DNA of 64,000 nt, taken from NCBI GenBank assembly GCA_050246755.1, contig JBFWVL010000005.1, forward strand, positions 32,001 through 96,000, written 5' to 3'. The notes under the pieces were generated by a model. The model did not search any database, was not told the origin of the DNA, and worked only from the letters and a program-made list of their open reading frames with translations. This DNA is from Bacteriovoracia bacterium (GTDB lineage Bacteria > Bdellovibrionota > UBA1018 > CAIPTA01). A program made the position numbers and the translations under genes. Positions 9,191 through 18,363 of the stretch are shown piece by piece. The first letter of the stretch is position 1. Each line of letters starts with the position of its first letter.

Positions 9191-9868
9191 TCACAGAACG
9201 GGCGAGAGCCCAAAAAACTTTTCCTGGCGCTGGTAGAACCTCAATAAGGCAGGGGAGCCTACGATTACGGGGAGGAGGATTTCCCGCGCCTGCATCGTGC
9301 TCACGGCCAGGGCTTCCAAGTACAGGTCTTCGAAGATGAGCTTGGTGGCACCCACGGCGAGGGAAGGAAAGGCGCCTTCGTCCACTTCCCCGTAGGCCAC
9401 GATGAGGTTCCGAGACCATAATTCCTTCATCGCGCGGTTATAAACCGATTCTAAATTGCGTCCCACCAGGCCCGATGCGCGCTTGAGCTGCTTGGTAGAT
9501 TGGGTGGACTCCTCCTCGAGGATCGCGAGTAGCTCCTTGGCGTCGCGGGATAATTTTTCCCGGAAATTTTTTTCGCGCAGCTGGAGTGCTAGCAGGGCCT
9601 GAAAAACTTCGAGCGAGAAAAAGGTGGCGCGGCCTTGGAACCATTTGGCGTAAACCACTTTGCGGGAGCGTGAAAGCTCTTCGCGTAGGTGCCAGAGGGT
9701 GGCCACGCGATCGTCGCCGTCTTCGTCCCATTCCCAGCGCATCTTGGATTTGGGGTAGGCAACCGACCAAAGCGATAGCGGATCTTCTTTACCCGCGATG
9801 GGATAAACGAGCAGGATTCCATGGTCGCGGATGGCTTGGATCGCGGTGGCTTTGGTTAACTTTCTCAT
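9191..9868 (-). CDS. AlkZ-related winged-helix DNA-binding protein
   Basis: W--REEL...VYAKWFQGRATFFS pattern and C-terminal wHTH (STKQLKRASGL...RAMKEL). Confidence 0.55.
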   Translation of the reverse strand: MRKLTKATAIQAIRDHGILLVYPIAGKEDPLSLWSVAYPKSKMRWEWDEDGDDRVATLWHLREELSRSRKVVYAKWFQGRATFFSLEVFQALLALQLREKNFREKLSRDAKELLAILEEESTQSTKQLKRASGLVGRNLESVYNRAMKELWSRNLIVAYGEVDEGAFPSLAVGATKLIFEDLYLEALAVSTMQAREILLPVIVGSPALLRFYQRQEKFFGLSPVL

Positions 9869-9959
9869 TCCGCCGCCAGCTTAGCGCAGAAAGCGGTAAA
9901 TCGGAAAATGGAGAAGTTTACTTGGGCAGAAATGCAGGGCGAAAAGAATTTGGAACCAG

Positions 9960-10340
9960 CTAGGCGGCTTTTTTTTGCGGGACCGGGCCGGCAGTGCGCT
10001 CGAGCTCGGTTTTCACCGCGGCGAAGGTAGCTTTCAATTCGGGGAAAACCGCGAGTAGGTTTTCCAGATCTTTTAGCTTTGCGGCTTCTTCTACCCGGAT
10101 GAACAAATCGGTGAGCCCAAGGGCGCCGAGATTCGCCGAGGCGGATTTTAACTGGTGGGCTAGGCCGTTGAGGGCCGCGAAATCCCGGGCGGCGAGGGCG
10201 TTTTCCATTTCATTCACTTTAGCGGGAGCCTGTTGCAGGTAAACGTGGGCCACTTCGGCATAGAAGTCTTTTCCGGGGTCACCGAGCTCTCGCAGGCTTT
10301 TTACGGATTCCGGATGGATGAGCGGCGCTTTATTGATCAT
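9960..10340 (-). CDS. Stand-alone Hpt (histidine phosphotransfer) protein
   Basis: AHQLKSASANLGA Hpt motif. Confidence 0.9.
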   Translation of the reverse strand: MINKAPLIHPESVKSLRELGDPGKDFYAEVAHVYLQQAPAKVNEMENALAARDFAALNGLAHQLKSASANLGALGLTDLFIRVEEAAKLKDLENLLAVFPELKATFAAVKTELERTAGPVPQKKAA

Positions 10341-10376
10341 TTTCCTTACACCGCTTCTGCAGTGCTCCTCGATAGC

Positions 10377-10404
10377 CTATCGGTGAAAGATACGGCATAC
10401 TTGA
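10377..10404 (-). promoter_or_regulatory. Sigma28-type promoter of the Hpt gene
   Basis: TCAA-N16-ACCGATAG, ~36 nt upstream of ATG, SD present. Confidence 0.5.
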
Positions 10405-10429
10405 ATTTCACCTAATCGGGAGAACGGCG

Positions 10430-11449
10430 ATGTCGCAGATGCTAGCCGAAGTTCAAGAAGCCCCAAATCGCGTGCGCGCCGCCCTTGAGGCCGACGCGAA
10501 AATCTATGCTGATCTCGGGGAGCGCCTGCGGGAGCTCAACCCTTCGCTGGTGGCCACCGTGGCCCGGGGAAGTTCCGACCACGCGGCCACCTTCGCCACC
10601 TATCTTTTTCCCCAGTGCACCGGCCGCGTGGTGGCATCGATTCCTCCTTCGGTGGTGACGGTGCTGAAATCACCCCTAAATTTGAAGGATCAGTTCGCGC
10701 TCGCCATCTCGCAGGGAGGGGGCAGCCCCGATATCATTCAAACCGTGGATTGCCTCCGCCGCAGCGGGGCGCTCACCGCCGCATTGGTGAACAGCGAAAA
10801 ATCCGAGCTGGCCCGCACGGCAGAAATTTTACTGCGCCAGCACGCGGGCGAAGAAAAGAGCATCGCGGCCACCAAGAGCGTGATCTGCACGCTCACCGGC
10901 ATTGCCCGCATCGCGGCGGCGTGGTCGGGCGACCAGAGCCTGCAGGGGGGCCTGAATACTTTACCGGGCTCCCTCGAACGCGCGTTCGAAACGGGAATGA
11001 AGGCGGACGCGAATATGCTCGCGGGAATCTCCAACGTTTACGTTCTCTCCCGCGGGCTTGGCCTGGCCGCCGCGCTCGAGATCGCGCTGAAGCTCAAAGA
11101 AACCTGCGGCGTGCACGCGGAAGCTTTTTCCACGGCCGAAGTTTTGCACGGCCCGCGCGAGATCGTGGACAAAAAATTTCTCGTGATCGTGCTCGCGCTG
11201 CCGGGATCGGGCCAGGAAGACGCGCTTGCCGCCGCGCGCGAGTTGAAAAATCAGGGGGCGGGAGTATTGCTCGTGGCGCCCGCGGCGCTCGGCGGAGCTT
11301 TCGTATTGCCAGAGCTCACGGACAATCGCCTTTCACCCATCGTGGCGCTCGAGCTGCTCTATCCTTGGATCGCCCGCGCCGCCAAGGCGCTGGGCCGCGA
11401 TCCGGATCGCCCGAAGACGCTCACGGCGAAAGTAATCAAAACGGTATAG
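10430..11449 (+). CDS. SIS-domain glucosamine-6-phosphate deaminase (NagB-II type)
   Basis: ARGSSDHA, ISQGG-SPD, AGEEKSIAATKS, EIALKLKE, HGP, DPDRP--L-KV. Confidence 0.85.
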   Translation: MSQMLAEVQEAPNRVRAALEADAKIYADLGERLRELNPSLVATVARGSSDHAATFATYLFPQCTGRVVASIPPSVVTVLKSPLNLKDQFALAISQGGGSPDIIQTVDCLRRSGALTAALVNSEKSELARTAEILLRQHAGEEKSIAATKSVICTLTGIARIAAAWSGDQSLQGGLNTLPGSLERAFETGMKADANMLAGISNVYVLSRGLGLAAALEIALKLKETCGVHAEAFSTAEVLHGPREIVDKKFLVIVLALPGSGQEDALAAARELKNQGAGVLLVAPAALGGAFVLPELTDNRLSPIVALELLYPWIARAAKALGRDPDRPKTLTAKVIKTV

Positions 11450-11462
11450 GCTTGGAAATTTG

Positions 11463-12311
11463 CTAGAGATCGCGCAGCAACGAGGCGGCGCCGAGTACGG
11501 CGATCTGCGGTTTCCGCGATACTTTTACTCTTAGCGCTTTTCTCACCGAGGGATAAACGAATTTCTCCTCCAGGGATTTTTCCAGTGCCGCCCTAAAGTG
11601 CGGGTAGGCCAGGCTTACCGAGCCTCCCAGGATGATCATTTCGGGTGCTAGTGAGTAGAGGATTATTTGAAAGGCTTCGGCCAAATGTTTTCCGTATTCG
11701 AAAAATAACTCTTTCGCGTTCACCTCTCCCGCGGCGGCGGCAGCGCTTACTTCGGCACCTTCGCGGCCGTGGCGGCGGAAGAACTGCCCGCTGCAGTAGG
11801 CTTCCAGGTTCGCTTCGCGATAGGAAATCATCCCGAACTCTCCGGCGCCACCGTCGGTGCCGGAATGCAGGTGGCCCCGGGAGATGATTCCGGCGCCCAT
11901 CCCGGTGCCAAGAATCAGGCCCACGAAATTCTCGCAATTTTTTCCCTGCCCGAAATGGCTCTCGCCGAGGGCGAAGCAGTTGGCGTCGTTATCGATGCGC
12001 ACGGGCAGGCCGAATTTCTTTTCGAGTTTTTTCTTGAGCGGCACCGCCTGCCAAGAAGGAATATTGGTGGTGTCGAAGATGGTGCCGTTCTTGGAGTTCA
12101 CGAGGCTGGGAACACCGATGCCGATCCCGCCCGCGCGCCGCGCGCCGGCTTCTTCAATCGCGTGGCAGAGGTCGGCGAATACTTGTTCGGCGCTGCCTTG
12201 GCTGCGGATGGGCTGCTGGTGAAGCGAGAGGATTCTCTCGTCGCCCACGAGCCCGGCCCGCACGTTGGTGCCGCCGAGGTCCACGCCGATACTGAGTTTG
12301 CGTTTCGCCAT
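11463..12311 (-). CDS. ROK-family sugar kinase (GlcNAc/glucose kinase)
   Basis: GVDLGGT, DNDANCFALGE, LGTGMGAG, AGEFG. Confidence 0.9.
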   Translation of the reverse strand: MAKRKLSIGVDLGGTNVRAGLVGDERILSLHQQPIRSQGSAEQVFADLCHAIEEAGARRAGGIGIGVPSLVNSKNGTIFDTTNIPSWQAVPLKKKLEKKFGLPVRIDNDANCFALGESHFGQGKNCENFVGLILGTGMGAGIISRGHLHSGTDGGAGEFGMISYREANLEAYCSGQFFRRHGREGAEVSAAAAAGEVNAKELFFEYGKHLAEAFQIILYSLAPEMIILGGSVSLAYPHFRAALEKSLEEKFVYPSVRKALRVKVSRKPQIAVLGAASLLRDL

Positions 12312-13550
12312 TCAGCTTCCGAAAGTTTTATTCGTTACGAGGGGCTTCGCCCAAATTCCGATAGAAAAGATATACGCCAAAGGAAGGTAGAGAAAGCACA
12401 GGCCGGTTCTCAGGCTGAAATGATCGCCGATGCTGCCGATGAGGAGCGGCACCACCGCACCGCCCACGATCCCGGTGCAGAGGATGCCCGAGAAAGTGCC
12501 ATGATGATGGGCGAGGGAATTCAGGGCGAGCGAGAAAATGATGGACCACATCACCGAGATGGCGAATCCGGTGGCCGGGAAGGCAAGCAGCGAAACTTGC
12601 GCGTTGCCGAAGAGGGCAGCGCCGAGGGTAAAAAAAGCGAGGGCGCTGAAGCCGAGCAGCACACGGCGGCTATCGAAGAATTTAAGCAGGAAGAGCCCGA
12701 TCGCGCAGCCGAGGATCGCGACGCCCCAGAAGCGGGAAACCGCGGTGGCCCCATCGGTTTGGGGATCGAAGCCATGCTGGCTGAAGAGGAACTGGGACAT
12801 CCAGTTCGAGAGGCCTTGTTCGAGCCCGACGTAGGCGAAAACCGCCACGAAGAATAACCAGACGGTGGGCCGGGCCAGGAGCTCGCGGTGGGTTTCCCAG
12901 GCGCCCACTTTTTCATCTTCGTTTCTTTCCACCCGCGGAATGCGTAGCAATACAAGCAGCAATACCATCGCGAGCGCGACGGCGGAGAAAAACCAGTACA
13001 TCACGATCCAGGTGCGGTCCGGCGGAATGAATCTCGACCAGAAGCCGCTGGAACGGCCCGCGAGATCGCTTACGAAGAAACGATAGAGCAGGGGGCTGAG
13101 AAAAGAAGCGCTGCCAAAGACCAGCTGCACGATCATGCCGTTGAACGCGAAATGCTCCTCGCCGCCCGTGACGCGCAGGAGAGGGTTGATGGCCACTTGA
13201 AGTGCCGCCATCCCAAGGCCGATGAGAAAGAGCGAGCAGATGGCCGAGTGATAGTAGGGAAAGAAAGCGAAGAGCAGCGATCCGGCCAAGGCCAGGGCAA
13301 AGGCTCCCACCAGCACGGGCTTTTCTCCCCAGCGCTCGATCACGATCCCGGCCGGGATCGACATCACCGCGTAGGCGCAGAAAAAAGAAAAGGGCAGGAA
13401 GGCCGCCATCGTTAAATTAAGCTGGAAGGTTTGGATGATGGCGGGCACGAGCGGCCCCACGATATTCGTGAGTAAAGAAATCACGAAGAAGATCACGAAG
13501 ATGATGCAGACGAGAAAAGTGCTGCGATTGGATTTTATTGGAGCGGGCAA
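12312..13550 (-). CDS. MFS sugar permease, FucP/GluP/NagP family
   Basis: 12-TM pattern, FSFF-AY--MSIPAG, LQVAINP, YVGLEQG, GGAVVP. Confidence 0.85.
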   Translation of the reverse strand: MPAPIKSNRSTFLVCIIFVIFFVISLLTNIVGPLVPAIIQTFQLNLTMAAFLPFSFFCAYAVMSIPAGIVIERWGEKPVLVGAFALALAGSLLFAFFPYYHSAICSLFLIGLGMAALQVAINPLLRVTGGEEHFAFNGMIVQLVFGSASFLSPLLYRFFVSDLAGRSSGFWSRFIPPDRTWIVMYWFFSAVALAMVLLLVLLRIPRVERNEDEKVGAWETHRELLARPTVWLFFVAVFAYVGLEQGLSNWMSQFLFSQHGFDPQTDGATAVSRFWGVAILGCAIGLFLLKFFDSRRVLLGFSALAFFTLGAALFGNAQVSLLAFPATGFAISVMWSIIFSLALNSLAHHHGTFSGILCTGIVGGAVVPLLIGSIGDHFSLRTGLCFLYLPLAYIFSIGIWAKPLVTNKTFGS

Positions 13551-13918
13551 TGCGTTTCTACAATTCGCAGCAGGTCATCGAGCTCGATGGGTTTACGCAG
13601 AATTTCGGCGAGGCCCAGGGCGGCCGCCTTATCGCGTACTTGGCCATGGGCCGAAAGCATGGCGGTGGGAATCGCCGCCAAATCGGCGTCTTTCATTTGA
13701 TGTTCACGAAATTGGAATCCGTCCATGATCGGCATCATGAGATCGAGTAGGATGAGCGAAGGGAGCGAAGAGGTGGTGCGCAAGTGCTTCAAGGCTGCCG
13801 AGCCATTTTCGGCGGCGTCCACGGTATAGCCTTCGTCGCGCAGGAATTCCGTAAGACATTCACGAATTTCGATGTCGTCTTCCACCAAAAGAATTTTCTT
13901 CGCCTCGGGCACCCTCAT
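13535..13918 (-). CDS. Single-domain response regulator (receiver)
   Basis: LLVEDD, LLDLMMP-MDG, KP. Confidence 0.9.
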   Translation of the reverse strand: MRVPEAKKILLVEDDIEIRECLTEFLRDEGYTVDAAENGSAALKHLRTTSSLPSLILLDLMMPIMDGFQFREHQMKDADLAAIPTAMLSAHGQVRDKAAALGLAEILRKPIELDDLLRIVETHCPLQ

Positions 13919-14059
13919 GCACCGGCCTTTCTTAAAGTTTTATTTCTTTGAGTTTCTGACAGGGGGGAGGGGGAGTCAAGCCTGGGGCGGATTTGGTATG
14001 GATTTTCGCGATTGAGGGAGTTTTTGCCGCATTTCTTCCGCAAATCTTGGCCTAAACGC

Positions 14060-14076
14060 TAGGTACGCGTCTTGCT
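14060..14076 (+). promoter_or_regulatory. Sigma54 -24/-12 promoter
   Basis: TAGGTACGCGTCTTGCT (GG-N10-GC) upstream of 14101. Confidence 0.6.
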
Positions 14077-14100
14077 TTGTAGGAGTCCAACGGAGGTTCT

Positions 14101-14646
14101 ATGAACGAGGCTCAACAACAAGATAGAGAATATAGATCCTACGGAACGTCTTTGCGGGAAGACCGCTTATCGGCCGTGCCCCCCCCCTCCACAGAGTTTG
14201 ATGGTGGCCTGGCTTTTCAAGCGAACTTAGTCGACAAGGCCTACCGTGCATTGCAGCTGGCTTTCGTGGCCGTGCCGATCGTGGCCGGTCTCGATAAATT
14301 CGCCAATCAGCTTACTGATTGGACTCAGTATATTCACCCAACGATTCCCAACATGCTGGGAGTGACCGCGCAGAACTTTATGTACGGCGTGGGCGTGGTG
14401 GAAATTCTGGTCGGCATCGGGATCGCGCTCAAACCGCGCGTGTTCGGTGATATTCTCGCCTTATGGCTTGCGGGTATCGTGGTGAACCTCTTGGCGCAAG
14501 GGCAATTCTTCGACGTGGCTCTAAGGGATTTCGGTCTCTGCGCCGGTGCTTGTGCCCTTGCTCGCCTGAGCAAAGCGCGAGAGCACGGAGTGGTGGTTAC
14601 CGGGCCCGAGGCCAAGCTTTGGCAGCAGCCGACGAACCATATCTGA
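14101..14646 (+). CDS. DoxX-like membrane protein
   Basis: PIVAGLDKF...W--Y, GVVEI, DVALRDFGL motifs; SD GGAGG. Confidence 0.75.
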   Translation: MNEAQQQDREYRSYGTSLREDRLSAVPPPSTEFDGGLAFQANLVDKAYRALQLAFVAVPIVAGLDKFANQLTDWTQYIHPTIPNMLGVTAQNFMYGVGVVEILVGIGIALKPRVFGDILALWLAGIVVNLLAQGQFFDVALRDFGLCAGACALARLSKAREHGVVVTGPEAKLWQQPTNHI

Positions 14647-14676
14647 AACATCAATTAGAAAAGGTAACTATAAGTA

Positions 14677-15072
14677 ATGAACAATACGAAAAGTGAATTC
14701 AATAAAATGACGGATTCCGTGACGAAGACGATCGTGGATAACGTGAACAATGTGCTCGGCATCCTCCCCAAAACCCTTAGCTTCGAAGTTACGATGCCTA
14801 AAAAAACCGTTCGTCACCGTAAGGTGAAAGCGGCTCCACGCCGGGCCAAGCCCAGCGTGGCGAGAAAAGCGAAGACGGCGGCGAAGCGCGGATTGAAGAG
14901 GGCGAAAGTGGCCGGCGCACGGCTAAAAAAGCGCGCCAAAACCGCCATCACCAAATCCCGCAAAGCAGCTCCGCGTAAAGCGAGAGCCGTGAAGCGCACC
15001 AAGCCCCGCTCGCATACCGTGATCGCGCTGAAGCGCAAGCCTCGGCACCTAAGCCACGCGCGCGCCGCTTAG
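14677..15072 (+). CDS. Lys/Arg/Ala-rich basic protein, histone-H1-like
   Basis: C-terminal two-thirds dominated by K/R/A; followed by a terminator. Confidence 0.65.
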   Translation: MNNTKSEFNKMTDSVTKTIVDNVNNVLGILPKTLSFEVTMPKKTVRHRKVKAAPRRAKPSVARKAKTAAKRGLKRAKVAGARLKKRAKTAITKSRKAAPRKARAVKRTKPRSHTVIALKRKPRHLSHARAA

Positions 15073-15089
15073 ATTTTATAGCTATAAAT

Positions 15090-15125
15090 AAAAAAGCGAT
15101 AGCCGGGGCGGCTATCGCTTTTTTA
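15090..15125. terminator. Bidirectional intrinsic terminator
   Basis: A-tract GCGATAGCCG-GGG-CGGCTATCGC T-tract between convergent genes. Confidence 0.9.
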
Positions 15126-15145
15126 TGCCCGGAATAGGGAGTGAA

Positions 15146-15394
15146 CTACTGGCGCGTAACGGAAGTGTTCACGGAAGTATTCGTGGCGGTATTGGTTACG
15201 TTCACGGTTACCGTGGCCACGGCCGTTTGGGTAACGGTGGTTCCGCCGGATGCACCCACATTTCCAGCCGCGATGCGGGCGCGGAGGGCAGCGAGCTCGG
15301 CATCTTTAGCGGAGTTGTCGGCGTTGTCGCCGCAAGAGGTGATGCCCGCTAGGCCTGCTGCCAGGAGCAATGGAATGAGAAATTTCTGTTTCAT
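15146..15394 (-). CDS. Small lipoprotein with Thr/Val-alternating tail
   Basis: Lipobox ITSC, SD GGAGG, own terminator. Confidence 0.75.
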   Translation of the reverse strand: MKQKFLIPLLLAAGLAGITSCGDNADNSAKDAELAALRARIAAGNVGASGGTTVTQTAVATVTVNVTNTATNTSVNTSVTRQ

Positions 15395-15415
15395 GGCAAA
15401 TCCTCCGTTAAGGCT

Positions 15416-15443
15416 CTATCGGCTAAATAGTAAATCCTTTGCA
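15416..15443 (-). promoter_or_regulatory. Sigma28-like promoter with variant -35
   Basis: TGCA-N16-GCCGATAG. Confidence 0.5.
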
Positions 15444-15487
15444 GGCGATTGCAAAGGCTCAACCCGTTATTTTCACTAAAGATTGTT

Positions 15488-16156
15488 CTAGCGCACGCAG
15501 TGGCAGGATGGATTGCCGGCGGCGGCGTCGCAGGAGAGGCGCACGTTTCCGCCCGCGAACTGGAGTTTTTGGACGATACCGTTTTCTTTTTCGAGAGTGA
15601 GCTCCTTTTCGCCGGGGTAGAAGTAACGCTGGCTTTCGATCTCGCTCGAAATCCGCTTATCGTGCAGCACCCGGCCCATCGCCTCCAGATCCGGCTGGTA
15701 GACTTCCTGGACGGGAAGGGGCACGCGGCTGGGGAGCCCCTCTTCGTCGATGGCGAATAGCGAGAGACGCAGCTCGGGTTTTCCCGCCTCGGTGAACTCC
15801 CGGGCGAGACGGATACGGAATGGCTTTCCGCCCTGATCCTCGAACTGCACAACCTTCCATTCCAGCTGTTCCGAGGTGGGACTGCCGGCCTCCGCGGCCA
15901 CCAAGGCTTCGAGCTCGGCGAAGTTCCCGGCGCCGGCGCCTAGGCATTTCTGGATCTCTTGCTGGGCCGAGTCCGGAAATTCTTTTGGCTCAATGTTTTT
16001 TGTGTATGCTTTCGTCGCCCCGGCGGCGGACGTTTGGGGATCGGTGGCTACCGTGACCGACACCGGCTGCGTGCCCTCGCGCTGCGCGAGGCGGTAGCTC
16101 ACCGCTGCGACGGCCGTGGCCAGCAAGATGAGCGCGATGAGGATCCAGCGTTTCAT
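15488..16156 (-). CDS. Hypothetical N-terminally anchored/secreted protein
   Basis: Start re-called at MKRWILIAL (16156); C-terminal C-x7-CHC. Confidence 0.7.
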   Translation of the reverse strand: MKRWILIALILLATAVAAVSYRLAQREGTQPVSVTVATDPQTSAAGATKAYTKNIEPKEFPDSAQQEIQKCLGAGAGNFAELEALVAAEAGSPTSEQLEWKVVQFEDQGGKPFRIRLAREFTEAGKPELRLSLFAIDEEGLPSRVPLPVQEVYQPDLEAMGRVLHDKRISSEIESQRYFYPGEKELTLEKENGIVQKLQFAGGNVRLSCDAAAGNPSCHCVR

Positions 16157-16164
16157 CTTCCGGT

Positions 16165-17529
16165 CTAGTAGGTGGGGCAGGAAGAAGCTCTCTCCGTAGG
16201 CCCGCGCGCGGAGCCCCAGCGAACCGTATAGGGCTCGTTCGGATTCGAGGAGATGCGGTCCGAAAAGAGACGGCGGCGGAATTCGCCGAGGCTCATCGAG
16301 CTGCCGGTCATATACTCGAAGGAGCAATAGGTGCTGCCCTTTTCTTTGGTGCGGCTGGTGGCGAAAATATTGGCCATCTGCTCGGCGAGTTTCTTGGTTA
16401 AGCCTCCGCCTTCCTTCACGATCCGCGTGTAGGAGATCGCGAGATCGTTGAAGGCATCTTTCATCTGTTTGTCGCGGCTCGGGGTCGAAAGATCATCGTA
16501 GGTTTGGGCATCCATGCACTGGTCGCCGTTCGTCTGCTGCCAATCATAGGCTTTGCTCACCATCAGCACGCGGGTTTTCACGAGCTGGCAAATATCGTCC
16601 ATGTGGCGCTTGAGCTCTTCCTCGGCGGTTTCTCCGCGCTGGGAAAGCGTGGCTTGCATGGTGCGAATCCAGCGGTTGGCTTCGATCTTGTACTGCTCGT
16701 CGCTATAGCCGGGTACTTGCCATTCGGGCTTGAAGAGATCGTCGGGCAAGCGATAGTAGCGAATGCCGCTCGGGCCCTTGATGCCGGCCGAGAAAAGAAA
16801 TCCTACGCTCGGCCAAGAGCGCACGAGGAGAGTTCCATCGTTGGCCTGGGTGGAATAGTAGAGGGTGGGCACGCCCGTATCGCGCAGTTTTTTGATCGTG
16901 TAGGAGTGCTTGCTCTCTTTGGCGAGCATGAAGCCGCCTGGGTGCACGGTATCGCGGTTGATCGCGATCGGGATGCTGTCGTTCGGAAGGGTGGTGGTGC
17001 CCATCACGTCGTAGAGCCACCAAAGAAACGCGGTCACGCGCTCGGGGCCTTCGCGGAAATGTTTGAACTTCGTGGTGGCGTTGGAAATCGTGGTGCGCAT
17101 GGAGCTTGGGTCCACCACGGCGAAAGGCAGGCCGTTCTGAGAGGCGAAGATGGCGCGCATGGAGTATACGGCGTCGGCGCAGTCGGGGAGAAGGCCATGG
17201 TAGGCGCTTCGCGGATTGGTGAAGATATCTACGTTCCAGGAATTGGTCACCCATTCTTGGTAGCGTTTTTCCCAGCTATCGTCCCACTGATTGCGAACGG
17301 CCCAAACGGCGGCGGTGGTGGAACCGGGAGCGAGTTTGCCTTCTCGCACTAAGGGAGTACGGGGATTTTCGCGAACTTGGGGAGCGACGGGATCGCTGGG
17401 CTGGCTGAATGGCCAGCCAGAATTCCCGCGGTTGCGGTTATTGCCGCCCCAGCTGAAGAGATCATCGAGAAATCCCGCTTGCGCCGTAGCTGCCGAGAGG
17501 AAAATCGAAAGAATGAGAATGGACTTCAT
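16165..17529 (-). CDS. Secreted hypothetical protein, possible Cys-His hydrolase
   Basis: Signal peptide AQA; DCAD and later H-S-Y-T-I-K; STPSRD motif. Confidence 0.7.
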   Translation of the reverse strand: MKSILILSIFLSAATAQAGFLDDLFSWGGNNRNRGNSGWPFSQPSDPVAPQVRENPRTPLVREGKLAPGSTTAAVWAVRNQWDDSWEKRYQEWVTNSWNVDIFTNPRSAYHGLLPDCADAVYSMRAIFASQNGLPFAVVDPSSMRTTISNATTKFKHFREGPERVTAFLWWLYDVMGTTTLPNDSIPIAINRDTVHPGGFMLAKESKHSYTIKKLRDTGVPTLYYSTQANDGTLLVRSWPSVGFLFSAGIKGPSGIRYYRLPDDLFKPEWQVPGYSDEQYKIEANRWIRTMQATLSQRGETAEEELKRHMDDICQLVKTRVLMVSKAYDWQQTNGDQCMDAQTYDDLSTPSRDKQMKDAFNDLAISYTRIVKEGGGLTKKLAEQMANIFATSRTKEKGSTYCSFEYMTGSSMSLGEFRRRLFSDRISSNPNEPYTVRWGSARGPTERASSCPTY

Positions 17530-17922
17530 GGATGCTCCCTACATTGTCAAAAAGGCTGACCAAAAAACTTGTACTGCATTGCGTTATAAATCTCCAGTTC
17601 AATTTCTGTTAGGGTGGAAAATACTTTTCCCGGATTAGTGGCACCTAGACTTATGGACCGAATCTCGCTAGGGGTAGCGTGCAGAATAACTATTAGTTAT
17701 CAGATACTTAGATTAGGTATGCCCTATGTTCTGGGGCTGGCGGGCTACGGGCTGCGATTGAGTATCTAGGCTATGTGCAGATCGATACGATTTCGGTAGT
17801 AGGAAGGAGCTTTTCGTGGAGAAAAACGCGGGAAAGAAAGGCGACATGACGGTTTGTGATTCGGTGAAGATTCTTAAAAAGAAGAATTGACATGGTGCGT
17901 TGTCTCGCGCTATTCACCGCTC

Positions 17923-18351
17923 ATGAAGATTTTATTCGTTCTACTCACTACTGCATTTCTCTCGGCAAACGCTTCGGCTTCCACAAAGGCCTACGACATC
18001 TATACGGTACTGAAAAATGCCGGCCTCAGCGACGAACCTCTCGTAGACGTGACGGTATACCAGGAGAGAATGTACGGCGTTTACTGCACCAAGCAAATGA
18101 GCACCTACGAGTGCGGCCTGGATCGCGACGATGCCGAAGGCCGTCCGATCCGTTTGGTGGGCAGCGAAGCAAAAAAATTATACAGCGCGCTCCTAGACCG
18201 CGACGTGGTGAATTGCGATAAAAACAGCTGCAGCCTCTTCGTGGACGTTATCCAGTGCAGCTACACCGTGGACAAAGGCTTCGATCCCGCCAAGCTTCCT
18301 TCCCTAAAGGACCGCACGGCCTGCGAGATCACCACCACGAAAAAGATTTAA
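17923..18351 (+). CDS. Secreted Cys-rich hypothetical protein
   Basis: Signal peptide MKILF...ASA; six Cys in the mature part; start re-called. Confidence 0.7.
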   Translation: MKILFVLLTTAFLSANASASTKAYDIYTVLKNAGLSDEPLVDVTVYQERMYGVYCTKQMSTYECGLDRDDAEGRPIRLVGSEAKKLYSALLDRDVVNCDKNSCSLFVDVIQCSYTVDKGFDPAKLPSLKDRTACEITTTKKI

Positions 18352-18363
18352 ACATTTCCCATT

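Noticed and set aside
11769-12857. Long antisense or alternate-frame ORFs (e.g. 11769-12857, 18412-19647, 55438-56553, 62662-63771)
   Set aside because: They shadow well-supported genes, lack motifs, and are expected from GC-rich codon bias
15146-15394. Thr-rich peptides as RiPP (lanthipeptide/linaridin) precursors
   Set aside because: They have lipoprotein signal peptides, no core Cys and no adjacent modifying enzymes
17530-17920. Large AT-richer intergenic region as an ncRNA or hidden gene
   Set aside because: Only short imperfect palindromes; consistent with a divergent promoter region
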